The position numbers and the translations under genes are program-made. 64,000 nt of DNA from positions 620,001 through 684,000 of the forward strand of contig JBITNC010000001.1 in the NCBI GenBank assembly GCA_050084985.1, in the 5' to 3' direction. Within the stretch, counting starts at the first letter, position 1. Each line of letters opens with the position of its first letter. This document shows, one piece after another, positions 13,701 to 24,104 of this stretch. The notes under the pieces are model-generated. The model had not been told where the DNA came from. It searched no databases and saw nothing but the letters and a program-made list of their open reading frames with translations. Origin of the DNA: Nageia nagi. Taxonomy: Eukaryota > Plantae > Pinophyta.

Positions 13701-14804
13701 GCAAATATGTAATATTTTAAGGTTTTTTTATAGAATTAGGGTAACACTTGGAAACCCTAGAAATTCTATAAATAGACCGCATGGGGTCACTTCTATGGAG
13801 ATTCAAAGTTTGGAACTTTTCAAGGAATGAAAATTTTGAGAACAAGTTCAAGTTTTTTGTAAGAGGAGAAAAATTGTGAAAACTTTTATGTAACTCTTTT
13901 ACAAAGAAAATACAAAGTGGTTAATTCAAAGACTTGAGTTTGACACTTTTCATATTGATGTTACGGATTGATTCTTTGAGGGCACTCATAGTGGGTTTAT
14001 GTACTTTTGCTTTATTCCTTTGAAAGCTCTTGGGATTTAGAGAAGTTATCTCTGAAAAACATTAAAAAGTTCTTGAAGCCTACCTGTGTTTGTTGTTGGA
14101 TCCTTAACATGCAAGTTGATTAGGTATTCTACGTCAGTTTCTACTTTTATGACATCTTGTTAGGTCTCTCATCCAAAACTATGATCCATTCACTTTCAGA
14201 CCTTCCATTTCCATTCAATTAAATCGGTCCTATTCATAGAGAACTGACAATTGGTGTTCCTCCCCGCTCCTCTTTGAAGCATTTCGAACTGAAGTTGTTT
14301 GCTTGCAAGGTTGGATGAATTGGGTGAAAATTCCTTAACCGATCTGGAAGAGATTAACTCTTAGACACTTTCCCGTCAGTGAACCTCAACCTCATATCAG
14401 ACCAAGTATTCTTGCTTTCTCCAAGGTGTTTTCTTTCACCTCTTTATAGTATTACCTTTACGCTTTCTTTATGCTTTCATACCAAATATGATCGTTAAGT
14501 CCACACACAAAAGCTCCGAACAAACTCTATACATCAAAGAATTAAATATCGTTGGTTAACAAACTATATACCTCTCATTCCATTCCATTGAAGCTGATTC
14601 CAAAGAGGGATACCGCACTTTATTTCCATATCTATCCCTATTTAGAAAACACATCAGGCGAACAAACCTTACAATGACACGACGTTGGGGTCGTTGGCAG
14701 GGTGTTTCAACAAGAGCCTTGGAGGTACACAGTCCTTTTCAACCGAGGGAATTCGTAACGCATATCCAACTATGTTGCTTGGGGTCTCGTAAGTTCCGCC
14801 AACA
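7698..14804 (+). mobile_element. Gene-carrying TGTTG...CAACA unit, subfamily B copy 1 (5' about 690 bp deleted)
   Basis: Colinear with the reverse complement of about 24830-31010. Ends CCGCCAACA, and host gag/protease sequence resumes after 14804. Confidence 0.85.
10317..13667 (+). pseudogene. Large accessory ORF, about 1115 codons (copy B1): globular N-domain, acidic/Pro linker, coiled-coil C-terminus
   Basis: ORF pieces 10413, 10988, 11420, 12142 and 12579 join into one frame MSIDKKNKELQMEKL...ISPPGK*. Homologous to three other copies. Confidence 0.8.
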
Positions 14805-15431
14805 ATATTTAGTGTGTCCCATGCGGGAAAGAAAAGCATCCCAACACATATGATCTAGAGCCGACCATGAAGTCCCTCAAGGGAGGGTAGACATACAAAG
14901 GGTCGATCACACGGAAGTCTTTCGTCGACAAGGGCCTACCAAACCATTCCCCCCACCTCGAACGAACCAACTGGATGCAGCCCCATAGAGGAAATTGAGG
15001 ACGGCAAGTGCTTCTACTGCAAGAAGACTTGGGATCCAGGGCACTGTTGCCAAGGCAAGGGAAAAGTGCATTACATAGAGGTATTTTTGGAGGATGAGTT
15101 GAACGATTCAGATTTGGATCTTGGCATGGACACCCTAGATCAGGAGACACCATGAGCAGAGGACACCTTAGGGAGCATGATCACTTCACTTCATGGGGTG
15201 AAGAAGTACCTCACACTAAAAGTTGTGGGGCAAGTAGGTGGTCAGGATGTGATGGTCCTGATTGACCCAGGAGCATACCATAACTTCATCGATGCAAGCT
15301 TTGTAGAGAAGAAAAATCTAAAAGCCAAGGGGTTCAAAGGATTCAAAGTTTCCAATGTCAAAGAGAAACTCACGATTGTGGACCACATCCTTGAGAGATT
15401 AGGGAGTGCAGTGGCTATTTGATTTGGGTGA
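14805..15431 (+). pseudogene. gag C-terminus and aspartic protease of the 5542-23677 element
   Basis: KCFYCKKT/WDPGHCC knuckle and VMVLIDPGAYHNFID retropepsin motif. VQWLFDLG continues as DIHTNHQKLTMSFKIDGK after 21402. Confidence 0.85.
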
Positions 15432-18400
15432 TGTTGGGGGCTTTTTCTTTGCTACCCCTTGCAAGTTAACAAATGTTATTACAAGGCTTGTACAAAGACT
15501 CCGACACTTGAGTGGTAGGGCGTTTCCCTTACCCGCTATGAGGACTTTTACCTCAGGTTTGGAAATGGAGGGTGCAAGGGTTCACTCAGGTGAAAAGGTG
15601 GAGATGTTTAAAGCTGTTACCAACTCAAAATAGAATTTGTTACTCAAGGACTCAAAGGGTCCCTAATCCAAGTATAATTGTTTCTCGAAAGGAAGAAATA
15701 AAAATAGTCTGTTGTGAAAGCCACACAAAGAAAATGAAAAAGAAAAGAAAAATAAAAGGAGTGAAAAGACAGTGATATATGAGTTGGGCTCCTAGGCAAT
15801 GTTTTCACTGATTAATATGACTTTCTAAAATCGAACTTATCCAAGTTTGATATAAGTTCCACGCACCCCAATTCCAGCTCGGAAGGCAACAACACGAATG
15901 TCCTAACAAGAGGAGTTTGGTGCTAATGCAATGAAAGAAAGGTGTGTCGTAGGTATGACTTAATATTGGGGTGAAGTTCTTATGCTAAACGGCATACACA
16001 AGTCATTTCGGAACACATTAATCCTCAATGCAAACTATGAAACATCACAATGAAACACTTATTGAAATATTTCCAAAAGATATACAAGCACTCTTTTATC
16101 CACCTATTAGGTTTATAAAATGACCCAAATATTCAAGACAACATTAACATGTAATACGCATTCACATTCATAATTTCAAATGCAAACAAGCTCACTTCAA
16201 TTACTTGAAATCATATCATAATTGCGAAAAGAGAAAACTTGTAAGCTTTAGAGTATTATTTTAAGTAATCCCAATTGCAAAGAATGTCTGATCCCCCTAC
16301 AAATGAGCTTAAATAGGCTACTTCTAGTTTTTAGAGCAACCCAAAGTGTTTCCCTAACCCTAATTACAATTTCCAAGAAATGAAATATGGTCCAACAAAA
16401 ATATGCCACATGGCATTACAAGATGTCCTCCAAATTTGTGGGAGCAAATCCTCATCCATCACAAATTTGGGAATTTATTAACAAATAAATAAAGCCTCCA
16501 AAAGTAACTTATGAAATATAATAAATGCAAGACAACAAATATTGTGACTAGGCAGTTGGTGGGCCCAACACCTCTACATGCCCTTCAAAGTCATCGTCCA
16601 GAAATTTGGCCGTGAGCTTCAATCCATGTAGCATCTCTGATAGCTTCGGCCCATTCTTCACCACGCTACGCTCTACTTTGTTGACAATCCTCATCATGGC
16701 CTTCTACCACGCATATCCTTTGAGCAAATGCTCCAAGTGACTACCTATCTGGAAAGTATTAATGTCTTCGATCATGATCAGACTATGAAGGAAGTGTCTC
16801 ACTTCCGCCACTATAAGGTCTTTGTCACGGATGGCCGCATCATCGTCAAGAAACTTCACCTGGAACTCCATTTGCTCAAGACAAGTATTTGTCTTGTCAT
16901 TGAGCTTTTGAACATCCTTTTGCACCTCCTGGAATCAGGTGGTTATTTGGTTATCTACACCCAAATAGAACCAATATTCTTCGCAAAACTTCATATCTTC
17001 TGGCTCCCGATTCCATGACATTTCAAACTGCATGATCATGGGCCGTCTAGAATCCAAGATCCTGAGAAGACTGGTTCTCTCCACGATGATATCCTTGAGC
17101 TTTTGCTCCTCGAATGCTATCCTTTTTAGTGCTCCAATGAACTGATATACTACTACCAAGACCTCCTCTATATGCTTTTGTTTTACTACAATCATACCCT
17201 CCTTAAGCGGCTTGATTTTTCGGAGCTCTTCAGTGGGTACCTTAGCCGATTCTAATTCCTTGGTCAACTTCCTTTGTGTGGCTAACTCCTTCTTGAGGCC
17301 TTTGATCTCCTTATCTTTCATCATACCATCTTTTGTAATGGCCTCAACATTGGAGATGATTGCATATTTCCGACTAGCCAGACCAATCGAACCTGTGTTG
17401 ATGATCTGGTTAATCTGTCTAAGGTCTTCAGGGCATTGCGGATTTTCCTTATCAGCTATAATGGTCTTAATATGTATGGCATTATCAGCTAAGCGTACAT
17501 ATGTCTAGGTCCTCCTTGGGTGAGTGGATATTTCTCCAATATGGTTGTTCTTCTCTTCAGCCCTAAACTTTCTAGACATCCATATTAAACACATCTAAAC
17601 ACCCCTCCATATGGACACCCCACTCATTCGTGGTTGATGGCCGATAAGTCTCCACAACCACCTCTAGAATAGTAACAACATTTTTGTTCATTTTCTTCAA
17701 GGATCTCTTTGCTCATGATCACTTGAAGTTCTTGTAGCTCGTGACTGTGGGGTTCTCTTTAATAGAGCCCTCTTCTCCACTATCTCAGATACTAGCTCCT
17801 TTTCCTTCTCAGTAGATAGCTCTATCGTTGTTGTCTTATGGATTTCTGCCAATATCTCTATGAATTCATCTTGTTGTTGTGCATCGGGAATTCCCTAATC
17901 CTGGATTGCATTCTCTTCCTATTCTTATTCTGATGCTTCAAGCTCCCCTTCCTCTTGATTTTCATCAGGCTTATACAAGGGGCTAGAGGCTGATGATTTG
18001 AATGGTGGAACAACTGGTGACTTCATGATTGTCGTGGTTCTAGTTGGTCTCGGAGATGGAGAGGGATCTTTGTCTCTTTCTCACGCACCTCACCACTTTG
18101 TTTGTAACTACTCGTTCTAGCTCCCTTGCGTCATGCTCATCCATGGTGGCTTGCACTTGTTGCACAACTTGTTCGATTAGCCTTTTGCCACACATGGACT
18201 CATACTGACCAACTGGTGTCTCACCGACTGGAGGGAACTGTGTAACCCTAGAAGTAGACTCTTGAGGTTTTCTGCCCTTATGCTGTGATAGTATTTTACT
18301 GATGGTAGCTTCAACACGGTGCTGCTAATCATTTGCATCCTTGTGTACCCTTTCTCTTACCTTCCTTATTTCTATCTCATTGTTGATATTTCGGAAAGGC

Positions 18401-21397
18401 TCCTTGTCTACTAGTGACTTATGCTCATAAGGTTTCTTCCTTTCCTTCATGAAGAACGAGTGCATTCTGTGATCCGAATCATAATGGTTGGCAATAAGCA
18501 TTTTCTTAAAATTGAATTTTGCCAACTCTTCCTTCATGGTGTCTACATCCGTCCAGAACTTACACTGGTACTCTTCTACAACAATCGGCAAGTTGGAAGT
18601 GGCTGATTTCTTCTGCCATACCTGGTCATGTAGAAAGGCCAATTGCCTCATCATCTCCATTAACAACATCCTATTACTCACAAACCTAGCCAATTGATAG
18701 GGTTGAACGGTTGATTCATGTATACGAATATAAGAGAAGTGTTGATGATGGAGGAAGAAGTCTCCATGCTTCTTCAAAGCATCTTGGGTTGCATTTGAAA
18801 TCCGAGCAACCGTGATCTCTCCCTTGAGCTCTTTATATATCTCATACTCCCATCCATCGTTCTTCATCATGAAACTGTCCCATCTTCTCTCTAATTTCCA
18901 TTTGGGGTAGCATTTCCAAATGGAGTAAGTTCCTCTTTCTATCCATGTCATCTCCCCCTGCGTTGTAGCTCTATACTTGCTGTGAAGTAACATGTATACC
19001 AGGCATGAATTGAGATAGAATTTGCAAGTGGTACCTATGGATGATAATTGGTCTGCTATGGTATCACTCACCACCTTGCTCCACTTGATCCTTTTGCCCC
19101 TAGCAATTTTCAGAATGAACCCAAAGAATTCCTTCCTGAACTTTGAAGCATCTTCTTTCCCAAGAACTCTAGATAGCAAGAGTATCATCAGCTCACTTGC
19201 GGGATAGAAATTGGAATGAGGAGCATTGATGAGTGCATTTCCCTTCAATCTATGATGCTCCTCCAACATTTAGCTCTTGATAGAAACGGCTGCCCTGGGG
19301 TCCCCTGGTAACAACCTAATGATCTAGCCTCGTTATACTCAACTTCTCATTCAAAGGTCCACTAAAATGCTGCTTTGATGGCGTCCAGGCTGAAGTCCAT
19401 TATGATGTCTCCTTTAATACCTCAAAGGACACTCTCCCCTTTCTGCCAGTGGTGACCGACCTCCATGCACAATTCAAGAAATGGGGCTATGAATGGGACT
19501 AATGTGCAAGTGGAGAGTCCAGAGAAGAAGACAATATCCTGCTTCAAGTCAATGATAGGAAGACCATGAGTGCTCTCCCTCATCTACGTAGGGTCAATGT
19601 TTTGCCAATTTGTATCTCTAATAGTTGCAAAACCATTTCTCGAGAATTTATTCCCTTGGGGAAGGGCTTGTTGTCTCTCATGAATGGAGATGACACAATC
19701 CTATTTTAACCGCTCGAGATCCCTAATGAGGTCCGAAGCAAAATTGCCCTTAGAAGAAGTCATGGTGTTCTCACTTGCAACGTGGCTCCTCAAGAATGTT
19801 GCGTGGGTTTTCAAGTGAAGATGACACCCACGTTGGAGGGTCTTGCCTTCCAAGTGCTTGCGCAAGCCCTAGGATGGATGAATGATGATGTTTGAGCACA
19901 AAAATCTGCAATTTGCTGCTATCCTGGTGCAAGCGTAGAAGAGGAGTAAGTTTTTGAGTTTGAGAAAATGAGGTCCCTAAGCTTGTATTTATAGCCCACT
20001 TGGCTTCTAGCTTGCCCTAGTTGGCTAGGGTTACTGACAGAACTCATCATAGCCTTCCACTTGGCTGACCTAACTCATGCAAAGCCGCCTGTGCCCAAAC
20101 ATTTGGGTTTTAATGCTCAACCTAGATTGGTGCATGGAAAAAAAAGACAAAAAAGTGACTTTTTGAACCATGCGCCAGCCCTAGAAGTATGTATGCTTCC
20201 AAAGTTGGGTCTCCTGCCTTCATGCTTGCTTGCCTTTATCACCTAACTCACCCAAAAACCTGATTTTTCCTGATTTTGGGTCTTCTGGTTAGTTGGACTT
20301 ATCAATTTTGATGTTTCATTTCAATCTGGGCAACCTGTGGGCTTGGCGCATGCTTCCAAAAGTCAAGTTTGTGACCTTTTGAGGCATACGCCAGCCTTGC
20401 CTGTCCATCCAACCTGGTTGCATGGTTCAAAAAGACAAGATTTTATCTTTTTGAAGCATGCATCAGCCTCCACTTGGCCTATTTTCCGGAATTTGATCTT
20501 CAAGTGCTCATGCCTTAGCCAAATTTTTGTGTTTCTCGAATCCTGGAGGCTTCCTGGGCTTGGCGCATATCTCAAAAAGTCAAGAATTTGTCTTTTGAGA
20601 CCATGCGCAAGCCCCTCTGGGTATGCTTGAGCTGGTCTTTAGTTTCCTGGGTTCGGAACTTGTCAAATTTTCCACTTTTCTCGAACTGGCAACCCTTCTA
20701 AGCTTCGCGCATGGTTCAAAAAAACAAGATTTTGTTTTTTTTGAAGCATGCGCCAACCTCCTAGGTGACTCATGTTCATTTTCTAACCTCCAAACTTGCT
20801 CAACTTGCCCTCCTGACCAAGTCGCATGGTTCAAAAAGACAAGATTTTGTCTTTTGAAAGCATGGGCCAACCTTGTAGTGCCTTTGACTTGGGTTTTTCG
20901 TGCTTACTTTTGCTCCATTCTGCTGCCTATGTTTGGCGCATGCCAAGGAAAGACAAGATTTTGTCTCCTAGAGGCATGCACTAGGCTTGCAAATGCCCAA
21001 ATTCATTTCTTGAGCCTTCCCTCCTGTATGGACGACCCTAGGCCCAATCGCATGATTCAAAAAGACAAGATTTTGTCTTTTGAAAGCATGCACCAGCCCT
21101 TGGAGATGCCCAATTTGCTTTGATCGGAGTCTGACTTTTCCTAGACTCCCTAGTTCACCTAAGATCGACTTTTACCCTTCCCAAACTTAGCCATTTTTAG
21201 AGTTTTTGAAATTGCTATCTTGACATGACTAACCCTAAATGAAGGAAGAGGCTTGGCTTATAAGGAGTTGTCCATGAATATGGATCTTTGAGATGCAACT
21301 TTCGTAAGACTGATGACAAAAAAATGAAGTATATACATTGGTGCATTGAGGGTCCCCAAAATCGTAGGATTTTGGGGGATGTGTTTTAGTCACAACA
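15432..21397 (-). mobile_element. Gene-carrying TGTTG...CAACA unit, subfamily A copy 2 (complete, 5966 bp)
   Basis: TGTTG/CAACA termini, TSD GGTGA/CGTGA (4/5). The host reading frame is restored on removal. No internal LTR pair, gag or pol. Confidence 0.9.
16548..19763 (-). pseudogene. Large accessory ORF, about 1070 codons (copy A2)
   Basis: MTSSKGNF...IRDTNWQNIDP...PFIAPFLELCMEV...(ORF 18325..19269: FRKEFFGFI..I..GK.IKWSKVVSD..ADQL...FYLNSCLVYMLLH)...coiled coil...LGPPTA*. Confidence 0.8.
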
Positions 21398-22420
21398 CGT
21401 GACATTCACACCAATCACCAGAAACTCACCATGAGTTTCAAGATCGATGGGAAGACCCATACACTGCAAGGAATTCGAGATAATTGTCCACAAGTGGACA
21501 GTACGCGTCTAGAGGTTATTGAGTGATGCCAAAAGGAGGAAGCAAAAGATAGGGCCACGTTGGATGAGGAGTCTCGACAGGAGAAGAGGAGAATTGGGGA
21601 GCTCCCATACCCCACGTTGCATCCCAAGGAGCTTGGAGGGATCACATCGGGCTTAGAAGGCCTCCCACACTACACGTTAGGCCTTAGGGATGGCTTCCAC
21701 CTCACGTTGCACACCAAAGTGGTTTATCACATCACATTGGGCATTAGGGAGACTTGCCACCAGATGTTGAGTTAGGACATCCAGTTCCCCACGTTGGATT
21801 AAGGAGAGCTACTACACCTCACGTGGGAGGATGAGGAATATTTGCACATGATGAGGAGCATGAAGGGGTTTGAGCACCCCACGTTTGGCTTGGAGGGTCT
21901 TGAGCATATAATGGCTGGGATAAGGGGGTGTTGGCTCCCACGTTGGACTTGGCAAGGTCTGTGTACATGATGTTGAACCAAATAGCAGTTGGGCACCCCA
22001 CATTGGAATATGGAGGAGTTTTCGACCTCACATGGAGTGATGGGGGAGCTCGGGTCCCCACATTAAGCTTCGGGGAGGTTTGGCCTCATCTATGGAGCAA
22101 GAGCTCCATTTGTTTAAACTCACCCATGATTTACTTGAGGTTTTTACAGGTACACCCTTACGGAGGTACACATACATCCTCATGTGTGCTAAGGAAGATA
22201 GTGGAACAGCTAATGGGAAGTGACAGTTACAGCAAAATAGAGTTTTTGCATGCTACATTGATGCATGGCTATGAAACTTCAGCAATCTGCATCACACTGT
22301 TATCATGGGTAGAAGGTATTGAAGTTGCATTCCACCATGGCAGACCATGGCTATTAGGTTTGAAGGATGCTCGGAAAACAATATGCTGCAGTCTCCATTA
22401 TTATTTGAGGGCAAGCAATT

Positions 22421-22435
22421 GGAGAGGGAAGGCCT
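22421..22435 (+). promoter_or_regulatory. Polypurine tract
   Basis: GGAGAGGGAAGG just before the 3' LTR start TGTGAC. Confidence 0.75.
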
Positions 22436-23677
22436 TGTGACATCCCCCTTGCATTATTTTCATTAATTATGGAATCCAACAGATTCCCCTTAGTAATATA
22501 TTTTATTATTGCATTGTACTTTCAAGTTGTAGCTTGGGATAGAAGACTTCATAGGTCAATGGACCCCATTGTGAGCCCCAAATGGGACGTCTCCCTCCCA
22601 AGCATAGATTAGGTGTTTTATTATACTTGGAGATTCCGATCTTGATTGTGGGAATCTCAAGGTCTGTTTTGCACTTAGATGGATGGATGAGCACTTGTAT
22701 ACATGCGCCAACCTTGGGGAGACTCCTAGACCCCCACGTTGCCCCATTATGACACCTAGATCCCATGCATGGCTCCTAGAGCCACGTTGGGCATGCATGG
22801 CACTCCTAGATCCCCACATTGGCATTTATGGAACTCTAGGCCCCCATGTTGGCATGCTTGACCCCTAGGCACCCATGTTGGGCATTCTGGGTCCCCAAGA
22901 GGCTAATGTTGGGATTAAGGAGTGAGGTGATGACTCCTAGGTAAGATCCAAACAGAGTTGAGCGTATAAAGAGGCATTGGAGCCTCATTGTTGGATATAC
23001 CTAATTATACTATTATCTCTTGATACCATCCTATGGACACAAGTCTTAGCAGCGCTAAGCAATCCCCTAGGTGCTGCATCTAGGAGGGCTATCAAGATGA
23101 GGGATCTTGTAGCCTACGGCATTGGTGTAGCACCCTTGCCCATCTGGTGGTATTCCGAGGTTGCGCTTCTACCTTCAGTGGTTTCTGAGATCAAAGGAGG
23201 GGTCCTTCAATGGAGAGGATTCGGCTTTCAAGGGAGCAATATTGTCCTATGGTTCCACCATCCGTCTAGCAGTGAGAGACATTCAGTTGTGCCCTAATTG
23301 GCTCCTTGGAGGCCAACGTCCAGCTTTGGGAGCTTGGTATTGTATCACTTGTCATTGCTTATCATATATACATCCGTTGGGCATTTGAATCTCATGTTGT
23401 ATTGTTCTTATGTCCATTATTGCAATGTTGTGGGGTATTTGTTCATTTATGCATGTATGAGCCAGACATTGGCATTGTGAGGGTTTGTACATTGATATTT
23501 GTTTGTCTTGGCTAGATGTTGGCATCTTTGTGTTGTGTACACTTGTAGTGGATGCCTTAGCTCAGACGTTGGCAATATTGTGTTGTGAATGCTTAATGTT
23601 GATGCCCTAGACCAGATGTTAGGGTTTTTTAATCGAATTTGCTGATTTGCACTTGAGTTACATTTGGGATCCTTAAA
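22436..23677 (+). repeat. 3' LTR of the 5542-23677 element
   Basis: Direct repeat of 5542-6759. The terminal CA is mutated to AA and is followed by TSD AAAAT. Confidence 0.92.
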
Positions 23678-24104
23678 AAAATACTTCAGACTATGGTGAT
23701 TTGTGCATACGATGAAATGTTGACCAATGAGGTAGGGTCTCCATTTTTGCACCGCATGAATTATTGCCACATCTCCTTTTCATAGATAGATCTAGCCAAA
23801 TTTCAACTTGATAATGCCTTGCTAGTGAAAAGCCAAGGCTCTTCCCTCTTGCATCAAAACTGCACCCAATCCTACTCCAAAGGCATCACTCTCAATGAAA
23901 TCCTCGCAATCCCTTGAGTGATTTTGGAATAGGCCAATCTTGCATGTTTGCAATTTTATGTGGATTTACCTTGACTCCATCCTCAGAAATGACATGCCCC
24001 AAGTATTCAATCTCATGCAACCCAAACGAACACTTGGATTTATTTGCATATAATTGATGCTCTTGAAGTAATTGCAAAGTTTGATCTAAGTGTGCCAAAT
24101 GATC
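23678..24104 (-). pseudogene. Ty3/gypsy RT C-terminus and RNase H (outer gypsy, piece 2, internally deleted)
   Basis: LYANKSKCSFG..EIEYLGHVIS..GV.V.P.KI; ESDAFGVGLGAVL; AIIHAVQKWRPYLIG.HF.V.T.H.SLKY. Confidence 0.88.

Larger units (their letters stand above)
5542..23677 (+). mobile_element. Non-autonomous Ty3/gypsy (chromovirus-like) LTR element with gag and protease only, hosting two nested insertions
   Basis: Paired LTRs 5542-6759 and 22436-23677, TSD AAAAT on both sides (5537-5541, 23678-23682), PBS, PPT, gag and protease remnants. No RT or integrase motifs seen. Confidence 0.9.
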
